Positions 1 through 14,341 of a stretch of 64,000 nucleotides of DNA are shown here, in pieces. The notes under the pieces were generated by a model, which saw only the letters and a list, made by a program, of their open reading frames with translations, made no database searches and was not told where the DNA came from. Source of the DNA: Acanthaster planci (taxonomy: Eukaryota); contig NW_019091362.1 in assembly GCF_001949145.1 (NCBI RefSeq), forward strand, positions 2,549,838 through 2,613,837. The letters run 5' to 3'. Numbering within the stretch: the first letter of the stretch is position 1; every line of letters begins with the position of its first letter. A program made the translations under genes and the position numbers.

Positions 1-56
1 TAAGATGCTGGTGTCCCCTTGTGCCCCCCACTTATAAAATCCTAGCTACGCCACTG
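1..56. mobile_element. Probable terminal end of a short non-autonomous DNA transposon, truncated by the window start
   Basis: Ends in CCTAGCTACGCCACTG (41-56; reverse complement CAGTGGCGTAGCTAGG) after C-runs, a common MITE terminus type in invertebrates. The other end and any TSD lie outside the window. Confidence 0.4.
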
Positions 57-3000
57 TTGAACATGTCAATATACAGGCATACCAATATGCATTTAAGGAG
101 ATCACTGCCTAGTGGCTGTAGCAACTTCCCATATGGTATGTGTTACTCCAGGTCACAGCCAGTTGAATTGAACAAAGCCTTAGCCACTTCAATGAAAGAT
201 CACTGCACACCAGGGAAATTCTGTTGCATATTTTTCAGCCCAGAGGGCCTGACCACAGCTAGCTCATATCCCCAAAGTTCCTTCAAATTAATGTGAATAT
301 CACCACACCCTAAGTAGATCCATGCATCTTCAAAGCACTCCTCCATCTTCTGTAAATAGTGTTAGGTTCTTCTCATTTGCCTCGGCTTTGGAGTTTTTGG
401 GAGAGAGGGATCTTTCTCTTCCCATTCATCCAGTACTGCCTCAAGATTTACAGCCAGCATGAGCAAACCTGGGTGAGTGTTAGTACAGTAAACTCAAGCA
501 AGTCCTAGAGAAAGCTGGAGTGCCGGGATAAGATGACAGCAAACAGGCCAGGCCCGAGACTGAACAAATGCCACGAGAGGGACGAAAAGTGCAAAATCAA
601 TGGCATGGTTTGAGGGCTGTCAAAGATTGGTCAGGATACAGCTGGAAGCCAGATGGGTTAGTTGATGTACTCACTTTAGTTCCATCACAATTTTTTCTCA
701 CAAAAAAGAGGGAGAAATTATGAAGGGAGCATTCGTCTGGAATTGCTGGCATTTCCGGTAAAGCAGAAACATGAATACTAAGTCATATATCAACTCAGAT
801 GCATTTTTAAATCATACAATCAAATAGGCCAAGTAAGACATTCAATCTTCACTCACCAAAAATTGTCTGTTTCCCAAGTGCACGTCAAATGAAATGTGAA
901 GAGGTCCAGGGTTTTGAAGTGGCTTGATACCACTGTACAGACTTATATGGCAAAGAGCACCCAGTGGAATGATGCTCTTTAGTTTTATGAAATTGTTTTC
1001 AAACCAGAATACATGTTGAAATGTTTCACCTGCCTCACGTCTGCTGATGAGACAACGTCCGACAGTCTTCAACATCTCCAGCTATTCAATTCAATGGCTT
1101 GATAGGAAACACAAGATAACTTCATTTGCATTATTTCAGGCTTCCTCTGATGCAGACTCAACGCCTGCCATAGAAAGCTGTACAGGTGAACCAAATTTTT
1201 ATTTCAGCAGCATTTTTCGCTCAATCTTGTTTGTGCTACAGGGCACTCAAGCCATTCTTTGCCATTAGCTGGCAAGGGTTATCAAGGGGATAATAGTGAC
1301 GTCAGTACATGGAGACTTTACTTGAAACGTACCATACAATGTATAAGATCTGGCCATTATTATCGAGTGTGTAAGGAAATAATAAATTGTCTGAAAAGTG
1401 ACAGCAAAATCCTCTCAACCACAGCTGCACCAAAGGCACATGTGTAAAAGTATACACATGCATACCACTCAAACTGCCAGCTACAAAGTACTAAGAAGAA
1501 TACAAGCTATGGATATGTATGCAACAGTGATTTACTCATGATGTATCCTGTTCATCGGGTCTGGTCAAAGCCATCTTACAAGGCAGAGTGACAGGCAGAT
1601 GAAGTTGAAGTAGACAGAGGAAGAGTGGGGAGAACAGGATGCCTAGACTGATAGACAGAAACACAGAGGGTCTGGCCTGAGCTTCGGCAAAAGTCCCTAG
1701 GGATGGTGGAGGGAGGAAAAACCAAAAACCAGCAACCTGGGAGAGAGAGCCAGTGATGAAGCAGTCTGTGGTGTCCCATAACCCTTCAGTTGAAGAAAGA
1801 AAGGGTTACACACATGAAGCAATGTCAAATGTTTTTGGTCTTTGAATGAAAAAAGCCTGAAAAATCATGCAAACTTGCTGATAAACTGGGAATTGCTGGG
1901 AAAACCTGACAGAAGTGGTCAAGTCAAGCGACTAGTCCACATATCTTCAAATTTCCCAAGGTGGACAATTTTAACATCATAACGAGGAATCAGTGGTCCA
2001 TATGGCAATGTTACACAGAAACAAGACAGTCCTTTGGTCATGCTATGCCTAATACATTCCAGAGCACATTTAGTGATCATGAATCATGATACTTCAGCAT
2101 TCAAACATTCCCAAATTCAATTCACATTAGGGCCAATGTACTTCAAAACACCCTACTCTCATTGAGCCAACCGTCATTAATCAGAAGTGAGCTGACAGCC
2201 GCGTATTACCCTGGAACATTCACCATTTACAAAAACAATTACCCAAAGACCAAATTCAGACCTACTCAAAATGCACAAACATGTTCCTGGCAAACAAACC
2301 TGATTTCACCAAAAAAGAATGAGGCTCCAGATTGCAGCTGAAGTGGAGTTTCACAGCTCTGAACATGAAACGTGCACGTGTACATGTTCACTCACAGGAT
2401 TGGCAACATTTATTAAACAGAGCCACTGAGAATGTACACTCCACTTTGAGAGCATTGGAACTAGCACAAATAGCTGTCAAAAACTGCACTGTGATGAAAG
2501 CAATGTTGCACACTTAATAGAATCATGACATTAAAATAATTAAAGGCCTAAAAAAAAGGAAAGTCCATTTAACATAGTTTGAACATACTGGAACATTGGT
2601 AGGTTTAAAGTTAAAGCAAATAGTCACTTTGTCACTATTTTTCATCGAGAAACCTACTATATGGAAAAGGTAAACCAAGTACCGCTAACATACATGTAAA
2701 TTGCATTCTTTATTAATTTCTTTATGATTTATAAACCGGTATTTAAAAGTAGCCCTGACAAATCACCTCACTAACTGCGTGGTCAGTTACACGAGATATT
2801 TCCTTGCATGAACTGGTGACAGAGACTGTGTTAATTTACATGGCTCTGAAACATATCAAATTCTGAGTGTTTACTTCTCACTTTCAACGTACTCATCCAT
2901 CCGATATCCGAATATCAGTGAGTCGTTGCTGATGTGGTCCATTAACTTCATGTGGCTGGCAAAAAAGTCACGCACATTTATCTAAAAATGACAAAACACC

Positions 3001-6000
3001 TCAACCGCGTAACTGCTAAGACTATCAGCCTGCACTCCCTTACACAACCGTATACTTCATGTGTAGTGTGCATACGTGTATAAACAGTAAACTGTGTATC
3101 AGAATGGAATGCTGAGCTAATATCTCACGGAAGGTTTCCTGCGTTGGCGGCATTACCAGTCTTGATGATCCAGTCCGGGCACTTTGGGTCCCAGAGCAGC
3201 TTTGTTTACCCAACATCAAGTTTCTTATTAACCCGAGAACGGGGAATAAAATATGACGAGCAAATATTGGTCTGCGCTGCCCGGGTTGATACAGTCATAT
3301 TCCATTCGGTTTCTTGCTGCTGACATTTTGGCTGGAAAAATGTCAGCCCGTGGGGAAAATAAGAATTCGACTTGCTGATGTGTGATGTCTGGGGGGAGGC
3401 AGAGTTCCAGGGCTCCATATTTTTACAAGCAAAATTACGGCAACGAAAGATCAGAAGATTACAAATTATGACCACTAGCAATTTGCAAAATAATGCATCA
3501 TGCAAAAGTGTCATGTCAAAGTCATCAATCACTTCTGAAAAAGGGAAGGGATATACATGTACATGTAATACACAGGGAAAAACAAATGTAAGAAAAGTGT
3601 GAAGTATGAAGTCCTTCATGGCATGGGAAAAATTGTCAATTCTAGATGCTCTGTGGTAATCTGGGGCAATTTCCGACTGCTTTACCCCATTTGTTCAGCC
3701 TTTCTGGCATTGTTTTCAAGCTTCTAATTAGTTACCATGTGCAGTAGAATCACATTCAAGCCTTTAAATTTTATTCAGTGACAAAGAATCGGGGGGGGGG
3801 CAAATGGTACATGTATATTTCCCCTACTTCAGTAAGTTGGAATGTCCCCCCATCCCCCAATGATCGATGCCCATACGTCACACATGTCTGAACACACAAG
3901 CATGTACAAACACATGGGTCACCCAAAGGAAATCATATAGCTTGGCAGAACACTAGCTCCCTCTCGTTTATGCACAAAGCATGTAAAAGTTCTTGTTCAG
4001 CTTTCTAAGTGCTCATCTAACTCAACCCAATGAAGCATTGCTGTATTCCAACTGATACTGCACATGCACAAAATGATGAGCACCGCAGGTCATTCAAGAT
4101 AATTAAAATGAAAGAACACGATCAGCCCCCTTGGCATGGACTTGCGCCAACTCAAAAAGCACTGAACATGTTGAAACTGGCATAGAATTAGGTATTTTTT
4201 TTTATCCCAAATGTCTTTGCCTCCTTGAAATAGTAAACTGGTCCACTCCCTTTTCTTTCATTCTGGACGGTTCATACAAAACAAGTTCTACATTCAACCA
4301 TCATGTTATCAGATGATGGGACGTGAGTGGAATGTTTAACAGAAAGCACACCTTTGTCAGGCCTCTGCAAGCCTATTTTGAATAACATCCACTATTTTGT
4401 CTTAAAAGCTCCTCAGATGTAGAAGCTGAATCATTTTAAGACAAATGTTGGGAACATTACTAAATTTTCAAATATTTGTGTTTAAGCCTCTCAAACGAGA
4501 AAAACAAACATTCACGTGGGTGGCCAATGGGAAGAGCAACTTTCCTAAACCTTAAATACAGTGCAAGGCTCGATAGCATATGGTGATACATATTTATTTC
4601 CAGGCTAGCTTTTCTGCATGACATTTAAGAAACATTTGTCCCAGCAAGGCTGGTTCAAAGTGCAATTTTCCAACTTCACCTAAATACACTCCATGCGTTG
4701 CTGCCTATCCATCGCAATTTCCAATGGTGATAAACCCATGGCAAATCAATCACAGGCATGACACGAATCTCGGTCGAGTATAGAACCTAGCCCCCTCCTT
4801 TCTTTTGACGAGCTACAGTATTCATAACCTGACGGCATTTATCTTCCAGGCTGAGTTCCTGCATGGGTCGGCGATGACTTGGGTAAAGAAAAGAAAAGGT
4901 TACAGCACTGCTAATGACCAGAGTATGAGTATGTCGGGGCAACAATGCCCAAGTCCATTCATACAAATCCATAATCACGTCTTTCCTTCTTCATTATAAT
5001 TTGTCCTGTATTTTTCCTTGCGTGACCAGGATATTAATATAGCATATCAGGGCTCCAGTCGGGCTGCTCCATCATGAATAAATTGTGTATTTTTCTACTC
5101 TTTCTCTTGTTCTCCTGCCTCCTGGCCCTGCGACAACGGGCAACAAGACTCGTGAGAGGCGAGGGGACGTAGGATTATTGCCTCAGATTGAGACGCAGGG
5201 CTCGGGAGCAAAACTGATGCAGGTTGCCAAGGATGACGCAATGGATCACTCACCTAATTACACTCCCATGGATGAGTCTTTTTTTTTCTTTTTCTCATCC
5301 ACTGGTATGAGTTCTTCCTGTATGATAGATGCACATTTATCTTGCTAATGGAATGACATGTTCGCTGTTGTACATCACTGAATATTTGGCCACGCAGGAA
5401 TCCCTAATGGGAAGCAGTGGAGTGATACATGTCTTTTCTTCACGAACACCCCAAAAACACTAGAACATATATATTCAGATATGGTAGAGATGGCCTAGCT
5501 GCCATCATTTAAAGGTCCTTTTTTTTTCAGAATCTCGTCACATCTAAGAGATGTGGCAATAACCCAACCAAAGTCAACCCCCCCCCGGCATAACATGTAA
5601 AATTTCTAGACGGTCACCAAGAAGTACATAAAAATTTTTCAAGGGTGCACTGAAAGCAAAAACCTGCGGCTAAGTTGTGTTCATTTCAGTTTTGCAACAG
5701 TACATTCTTTGTACAACGTTAAGACATCAAGCCCACTGTAATATAACATAGGCCTTGTTATACCTGGGCTCCTCAGTCCTGAAAACACCAAAATCAAACA
5801 CTAGCAGTTGTTGGATTTTGACAGATTAAAAAGGGGCTAGGATTAGATTAGGTTGATACAGGTTACATCTATTCAAAAAGAAGAAGCACATGGATCAATA
5901 CCAATTTAAAAGAATGCAGACATACTGAAAAGGCTCAATTCTGTTCACAAAGTTGTAGGAGATTGTGAGTCCACTAGATGGACTGATTTTACAACATTGT

Positions 6001-9000
6001 TTACAAAATTTTTATCAAAATGGGCAATGTGTTACTCATTCACAGTTAACCAAAAAAGAAAAAAAGAAAAGTTCATGAAAGGACAAGAGCAAAGACAACA
6101 GACTTAATGAGGCACCATTCCACAATTCATCTAAAATATGCATTCCAAATAATTGATGCTTTTGACAGATCATGTGGGCATACAATCAACTATGCATAAT
6201 AGAGACATTAATAATACATATACGCGCAAGCTCATAAAATGTTGATGGCGTTAACTTCCAACTCCAGAAGTACTCACAGGTAGTTGGTGTCACTGAAAAA
6301 AGTGTTCTTTTGGCAGAAATTGTAAATCACCCTTGTCATAAGAAAAGAATCCCAGATCTGGCTTTCATGAAAACAAAAATCTCACATACAAATTCCTTCA
6401 GATCCAAGAAAAAATCCAATCTAGAACCACAGCTGGTAACTGATGCTTTTTGATCTAACTGAAAATTTAGTTTTATAATCACCACATTTTATCAACAGTG
6501 CAGTGCAAATCAAAGGCAGTTACATTTGAGTTACTGGAATTGGCATCCAGCCATCTCCAATATCTAAAATCAGTTACGAAAATGTCACATTGGGCTACCT
6601 CTTGGAGCAATCACGGGAGCAAAGACAGGGGAACATGTGGGAGAACTGAAATGTCAAGTCCCTTCTTTTTTAATCTGACTCCTGATCTAATTATTTTTCC
6701 ATGGCTGAATACAGTGGACAAGACCTGGTAATGGGCAGAAATGTGACTGATCTGTATCAAGTGAAATCAAAGGACGGGAACCCCTGGGATCTAAATGACT
6801 GAGGTGGTTAATTGGCTTCGCTTGGTGACTCTGAAGAAGTCACATGAAGTAGTCTGGGGCTCAGATCAGGCTTTCCAATATGATTTGAGCTCTGGCTGGG
6901 GGAAAATATCTCAACACATGTATTGGCAGTTTGTATTCTAAGTGTACAATTTTTTTCCCAAAAAAAGGATGGTCACTTCTTAGCATTTAATTTTCACATG
7001 CAGTTCAAAGTGTAAATTATTGGTTACTGAACTGAAAAGACAACGGCAAGCATATGCTTGCCATTCAATAGCATCAACTATAAGACCTGTTCAGTGCTGC
7101 ACAACAGACTACTTGGTATGAAAAAAGAACAAGTTTTGTCTATGATGGTATATGGGCCTCTATGGGCTGGTCCAATAAGCCTTTTGCGAGTTAACTTTGA
7201 CCCAAATCTGGTACACTGACTTCTTTAAATTCACGCGAACATAACAATTTGAATTCTCCTTACTAAAACCACTGTTGCTGTACCTCATGATTTGGGGAAA
7301 GCTTTTGCTTAGTTACATACGAGACGCCTTGCAACAATACACTCTTCTTAATGGATAAGAAGGGCACAAAGGAACCAGTCCATTCCAGAGATGGTGGTCG
7401 CTATGCAAAAGCTTGCCCCGAATCACGAGATATAGCAACAGTGTCTTTAGTCTGAGGAATTGAAATTGTTATGTTTACATGCAGTCAGATAACTCAGTGC
7501 ACCAGATTTTATTCAAATTTAACCCGCAAATGGCTTCTGTTGGTTATCCATAGCCAAATGTACATTGCTAAATGCACAGCAGGGAGCTAGAGTTACATGG
7601 TGAGTTCATACAAGGTTGACAAGAGCTTGTTTAAAGATCAATCACACTGCTTTGACCAAAAAAAATGGTTGTTGAATAGGGAATTGGTCATTGTTTCCCA
7701 TATCTTGACTAAAGTGGCAGCTTCTCTTCGCGTTTATTAAAATATCGTCATTTGGGGAGTTCAATACCACTGCGAGGATGCTCAGAGTAAAAAAATGTGT
7801 CAATGAGGGCGGCAAACAAATCTAACGATTTGGTGTTATAAAACAGCTCTTGTCCCCCAGAGTTAATTGACCTTGTGGCCGTAATAGGGGATATATAGCA
7901 CAAGTAAAGAGAGGGGAAAAAAAGGGTAAAGTAAGTTAGATGTCATTCTCAGTAAATGACAATGGCTATCTGCCTGAAATTCATTAGGACCTTTATCCCG
8001 TTCAAATTGGAACAGTCGGTAGCAATTTTTATTTAGTTTTTTCCTACTAGATTGTTTTAAATATAACTAAATTTCATAAAAAATTGAAATTGTGAATTAC
8101 CAATTTGAATTTGATTGATCTTTAAAGCTTGAAGCTTTCACTATGTGCAGTGTACATGTATGTCACGCATCAGCCACTCCTCGCTTAACTAGATCGTTAA
8201 TGACCGTACCACTGTGCTGCCCAAGTACATACTTAGTGCATCGATCGAGCCATACATGCACAGAACCTTTTGAATGTTTACTACTCCGATGCTTGCATGC
8301 AAGAAATCACATGCCTCTTCACTCATCCCCTAACCTCAGCCTGGTCATTATCCACCGAAGTTTCACATTGCGCGATCACGATTTTCAGCAGTTTCACAGG
8401 AAGTATCACGTACAACCTGCCCGCTACCTCCCCAGCCGTTCTTGGGTAATTGCCCGGGGTAGGGGTGATCAATATGAAATATGAGAAGATCATGGAACCT
8501 TTGGAGGGGGGGATTGTGTCGTGTCGTGTTGTGCCAACGTCACACGGGTTTGAACTTAACGGATAAGGTCCAATCACTCAAGCTGGGCTCTCTGGAATCT
8601 TCTTCTATTGCTTCTTCAAATTGTCCTACAAGATGCTGCATTCAGGATACACTCCGCACTCCTGGGTCTACGCAGATACAATACATGTATGTGGTTAGGA
8701 AATAAATCCATACTTCAAGTCCTATACCATTCCGTGCCATGTAAATATCTCCCCACTTCCATGAATATGGTCATCAAAGCATACAATATAACTTTTAACT
8801 TTTAGAAGATAATTTTCTTGTGATAGGTAATCCACAACGCTTAATTATTTACATCAATTCAGTTAACCCTTTGTCTTTGAATGGCTTAGTGTAGATTCAA
8901 TACTTGGTGAGGGGCTAGAATTTGACAAGTGCTAGTATTTGCACACAATGATGAACAAAGTGATTTCCCTGTAAAGGTGAAAGAGAGGCTGTGTAAACTA

Positions 9001-10202
9001 GTCGTGGCTATGGCTGAAAAATAATGCATGTAGCCATGGCAGCCACCTGCTAGTGGCTGCAGCCAAAACCTAAAGATGCATATGTTATTGTCCACTACAG
9101 CCAAAGAGGGTGTAAAGGTGTAAGTGCAAGAAATGCCTTGCCCCCTCTTTAAATAAGCAAAGATAGTTTGGGTTTGTGCACATTCAGACAAAAACTGGTC
9201 ACGTGTTCTGTACTCCTTACCATTATCCTGCATGCATGCACACACAAAGTGCCCTTCTTGTCCAGTTTGTGTGCACGTGTCACGCTGCGTCATCTTGTCA
9301 TTCCGGAATAAGTTAATTTGAAAACTGTAACTACTGAAAATGTTTCAAACATCTGTGCATTAGCAAACATCCAACCAGGTCACCCCTGCTTCTCAAAGGT
9401 AACCTTTCCAGCTGCTCACGACAGTCTCGTGCATGAGACATCACTTGTTTCTATTCATAACACGAACCCTGATTTTGAACAAGCTATCCTTTCTCCCCCC
9501 CGCCCCCTCCCTTCCAAATGGAAAAATTGAGTTTAATGGGCGTCATTTGAAGCAGCGTGTCATGTCCTTATTGAATTGTTTTTGCAGTTGATTGGAAAAT
9601 GCTTTTAAGGGAGCGCGAGTTACGGGATATCACTCTAGAGTCTGAGGTAGCATCGGACCAAATTGAAACACGTGACGGTAATGGAAAGTACAAACGTACA
9701 GCAGAAACAGAAAAAATATAGTGCAAAGGAAAAACACTCGTGCGTGAAAAATAAATATCCATGATATAACATGCAAAGGTGATTTCGCTGAGTTGAAGAA
9801 CCTACATGTGTAGCTAGATTATTTTGTGGGGGGGTTCTAAATGAGTAATGACATTATGCTGGCATTTCACCATGTGATTGTCTAAACAATTCAGTTAAGA
9901 TGATGCATAGCACGAACAGAGAAGTTGACGACGGAGTGGATTGTACTACAAAAGAGGACCTCAAAAAATCTATCAGCTGAGAGCAAACTTGGCCATCCAA
10001 GTCAATAACCCATGATTGAAATTGGATTGACATTTTGAAAGCGCCGACTAATCAGGTTAATTGTTAAACCAACACGGGCTTTGTGCGAGGTGGTAGCGCC
10101 CCGCCGATAATTGTCTCTCGTAAATCTCGGCATTGTTTGAGGGAGAGCCGCGAAGGGAAGGCGACGAGTGAGCTAAAAAGGTTGATTTAAGATACGGGGA
10201 TG

Positions 10203-10410
10203 AATCATCTGCAGCAAGTCCCATGACAAGGTGCCAAAGTGAGAGACAAGACTATTAAGTTTACACTATTATTTCTGTCTTTGTATGAGTGCAGAATTGG
10301 TTGGTAATCATCTGGAGCAAGTCACATAACAAGGTGCTAAAGTGAGAGAAGTGACTATCAATTTTACACTATTTTTGTCTGTCTTTGTGCAAGTGGAAAA
10401 ATTGGTTGGT
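10203..10410. repeat. Diverged tandem duplication, 2 units of ~103-105 bp
   Basis: Unit 1 (10203-10305) and unit 2 (10306-10410) both run AATCATCTG...CAAGGTG...AAAGTGAGAGA...TTTACACTATT...TCTGTCTTTGT...AATTGGTTGGT, with scattered substitutions and small indels. Confidence 0.9.
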
Positions 10411-12220
10411 GCATACATGTACATGTATGTTAAATGTACATTATGACAACCATCCAATGTACATGCAATGTACATGTAATGGATCTTTCTCTGCATGAAG
10501 TAAAGAGGGTGCTACCGTATGTAACCTACACAGGTCATACATATGTTAGAACTTACAAAGTTGCGGCTGGGACTGAATGAAGCACACACACCTGTGGACC
10601 CCCAGCCACGCGTCATAACGACTCAACCCAGCAAAAGCAAGTAGACGGTTAATTACCACCCACTATCACATTCCATTGACTAGGTCATGGAAACAAAGAG
10701 CACTTGTGGGTAAATATTGGAAATACATGTACCAACATTGAGCACAAATTGAAGAAGTCAGTTCAGTGAGAACTTAGAGAAAACAGCTATTGCAAATTTC
10801 TATAAAGTAGGTGGGGGATAGAGGCAAAAGTGGGCAGTCCTTTATACATGTACATTGTACAAACTGCACGCAGGCTAAGCCTAGCAGACAAAACGAGTGA
10901 CAGGCTGGTTCTTAGATACATTGGACTTACATGTAGGTGCGATACTCAACTTAACTACTGGTCCAGAATTCTCAGGTAGTCCACCTTCACTTTGGTCGCT
11001 TTCAGTTATAGGCTTCAATACAACTAAATCTTGTTTTTGCACCACAGTATATTTCCTCATCACAGAACAAATGAATCGGTTTAAGAATTAGTCGCTCAAC
11101 CACACTGAGGGGTGTCACAAATGTACTAGGATTTAATCAAGCACTGCATACATGTACAGATACATAGTACATGTACATTACACTGACAGGAATATCCTAC
11201 ATTTCAAAGATGACCCCATACTCATCACAGATGCCTGGAAAAAGGTACAATGATTTGGCTTAACAACAAAGGTGTTTTGGCAGATGCAAGGTAATGATGC
11301 TAGTGGCATATACAGGAAATTGATTCAAACTCTGCACTTGACAACCTGTAAATTTCTTCAAGGCATGAGTCCCAACCATATGGTGCATAACACAGCACCG
11401 TAATATCTAAAGCTTCATAGTATGTAGGAACTATGGAATGGGAATACCAACGTTTTTGGCAAGCATTGAAACTTTGCGATGATTGAAGAGAGTTCAGTTG
11501 GAGGCTGTGAAGGTGTTGATGATTTCTATTAAGGTAACCTTATAGTGTTTAGTTCCCACTCGGCCAAACAGAATATTCATAACATGATCCCGAGGGTACA
11601 TCTGTAAGTCTGAAAAGGGCTCTTTATCTTTCTGACAAAGGCACTCTCTGTCCCTTCTCCATTGAGCCCCAGCAAAAATAAACTCCGGGAAGTCAATCGG
11701 AGGGACTCGCATCTCCACTCCTTTGGCCGTCTGTCCATTCACAAAATTGCCAAGCACAGCCACCTCACTCTCTCTATACACCTAGCATTAATGGATTAGG
11801 TGTTGTGAACGCTCAACCACTTCCGCCTACCCGCCCCTCAAATTCCCCTCTGAAAATAAACCTCCCACTGGACCAGGCCGGCAACCCTTCAGATCCACCC
11901 TGCCGTGTGATTGTCTCTACTGACATTATTTTTCCTAAATCTCAGAGGCACAAGAATGGGAACTCAGTCTCTTCAAAAATCTCCTTAAAGAAAGACAAAA
12001 ACTGTTGGGGGAATTCTGCAAAATAGAAGTTTTAAATTATAAGCAGATCATTTGAAATTCATGCATTAATACTTTATTGCTGTCCGTCTACTTTTTTTAG
12101 GCTTAGCTGAGGGACTTTTAGCGGGTCAAATACCAAAACTGTCTTTTTTTCACACTGTAAAATAAAGGTTAGAACAACAAGCTTTGAAAGGTAAGGAAAT
12201 CCACTCCCACACAATTACAG

Positions 12221-12925
12221 CAGGCACCGTCGATATCATATTTTGGCCAATACTTATATATATTTTTTATATCAATATTATCGATAAATTAAATTTTATT
12301 CATTTAAATTTCAAGGTATTATAATCATGGAGGTAGGTTATAACAGGCATGAATTGTTGGTAAATTGTTAGGGTATAATGGTGTGATCCATTGGTGACAT
12401 GTTCTAGTGTTCGTATTGCATACGTAGTGTTCGTATTGCCTACATGGGACCAGGGAAATACACTGCCGTGTATGGCGATGGAGATATCATCAGCATGTGG
12501 TGCTAGTCTACGTACGTTTGGTTAGCAAATAATTCTGTTTTGGAGGATAAATTTTGTGATATTTTTGAGGCAAAGTGTACGTGAATTATTGAGTGCGAGA
12601 CAGAGATAAGTGACTGAATTTATTCTTCAAATGTCGCCGCATAAGCTGCCTGGAGTATAAGCTACAGGGACATTTTCACTCAGTGTGAGAACCAACGTAA
12701 GCCATGGTTTATCGAAAATATTGTGACGATGCACTTTTGTATTTTCTAATAAAGTTTGTTCCTTAGTAGCGATATTTTCAATACATTTTTTCAATATTGA
12801 TGTTTTCGAAGTGTCGACATTTCTAAAAAAATCCAATATATCGATATTACCAGATAAACATCAGTGATATCAATATCAAACTCATATCGATAAAAATTGA
12901 TTTATCGATATATTGACAGTGCTTA
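12221..12925. mobile_element. Non-autonomous hAT-superfamily DNA transposon (705 bp)
   Basis: Perfect 8-bp TSD AATTACAG at 12213-12220 and 12926-12933. TIRs are CAGGCACCGTCGATAT and ATATTGACAGTGCTTA (12/16 match, all mismatches transitions). Subterminal ATCGATA/CGATAT motifs occur at both ends. No transposase ORF. Confidence 0.88.
12405..12444. repeat. 20-bp tandem duplication inside the hAT element
   Basis: TAGTGTTCGTATTGCATACG followed directly by TAGTGTTCGTATTGCCTACA. Confidence 0.85.
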
Positions 12926-14314
12926 AATTACAGGTTTCTATTCCATTATCAAGACAATGTGTTTGCAGGGAAGTAAACCAGAAGGAAAGATGCCCCAAAA
13001 AGTTTGCCACGAGAATGGGAGTGATATTGATGTACCTGTTGATGATGACATAGGTCGGTGTAACATCTCAGTTTCTCATTTTCTGCATCATCTGCCTGTT
13101 AGTTCAATTCTCATTTTTGCCCCTGGGAAAAGTTCAAACAGGGCAGGAGCACGGGAGACTGAAATTTATGTTGCTGCTGCAGTTGGCTAGTATTTCGGTT
13201 CTTCTATTTTTTTTTTACAATCGAGTAAAATATTCAAGAAAATTTTGCACAATATTTCCACTTAGCAAAGGAGCTGAGTTTCCTTCATTCTGTTCTGGGT
13301 ACAAAGTAAAGTCTGGTCCCTGTCTTTGGCAGGTTTAACTTATTGGGAGGCTGGAACACAGATTTCAATATGATGAATCTCCTTATTTTTCCCAAATCTC
13401 ATGTAAATACATGGAAGCTTTCAATAAGCCAACCAGAAAGAAGCTGCAAACATGAGCTTACTCAGAAAACCTAAACAAACATCTCTAAAAATTGGAGACA
13501 TTTTAAATACCGGTAGTGAGAAAATATTGTGTAGAAGCAGAAGAAATTTCAGCACACCCGTGTCACTCTGGTGACTTTGGTCATGCCACACTTTATATCA
13601 CTCCAACTTGGACACCTTTGCATATGTGCTGAACTCAAACTAATTACTCTGACGTCAAGCTCTGCCAACCATGCATTGCAAACTGCGATATATACATGTA
13701 TATAAGGAAGCCCCCCCCTTACAATCAGGTGTCTCTTTCTGCTGAAACTCAAGAGCCCCGACCAGGGCATTATACACATTACTGATCCTTCGATAGTGGC
13801 ATTCCACTGCAACCGACCCTGAATAATAATAAAAAAAGGTTTTCTGAATGCCAATGTCAAGAGCTGGCTTGAAGTGGGCCCCTGCTAATGGGCTATGGAG
13901 TGTTGTTTTTTTGACACAGTAAGTGTTGACAAGTCTGTTTCTGGCAGTGTTGACATGCTGCTACAGGTATGTGAAGCCCTTGTGTATGTATAGTACGGGG
14001 CTCCAAGGTAAAAGGGTCCTTTCCCAAATTCAGAGGGAAACGCAGGTTTTCTACACACATTAAATGATGGTAGAAAAAGGCCTCCTTATTGTTGTGGTAC
14101 CTTTTCTAAATTGATTACATGACAGTTCTGACAGAAGGCTTAGATAATTAAAGCCACACCTGCACAAGGTTTCTTTGTTTTTCTGTTGGCAGTTACCGAT
14201 ATCGTCAATTCTTACTGCTGCTCGTACTAGGACTTTCGGATCTCGATTTTTTTTTTTAAATCAAGAAGGCAGCCTGAGTACTTAATTGTCACTGGAAGTA
14301 AACTCAAATGACCT

Positions 14315-14341
14315 ATGGAGGAAGGATATTCCTTCCTCCAT
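14315..14341. repeat. Perfect inverted repeat, 12-bp arms with 3-nt spacer
   Basis: ATGGAGGAAGGA-TAT-TCCTTCCTCCAT. Confidence 0.85.

Noticed and set aside
3781..3874. G-run/C-run segment ending GATCGATGCCCAT, possible decayed MITE (similar case at 48171-48460)
   Set aside because: Only one end is recognisable and there is no TSD.
6278..6292. 15-nt minus-strand microexon (TTTTTTCAG|TGACACCAACTACCT|GTGAGT)
   Set aside because: The pyrimidine tract is short with an AG just upstream. Such matches are expected by chance on a T-rich strand.
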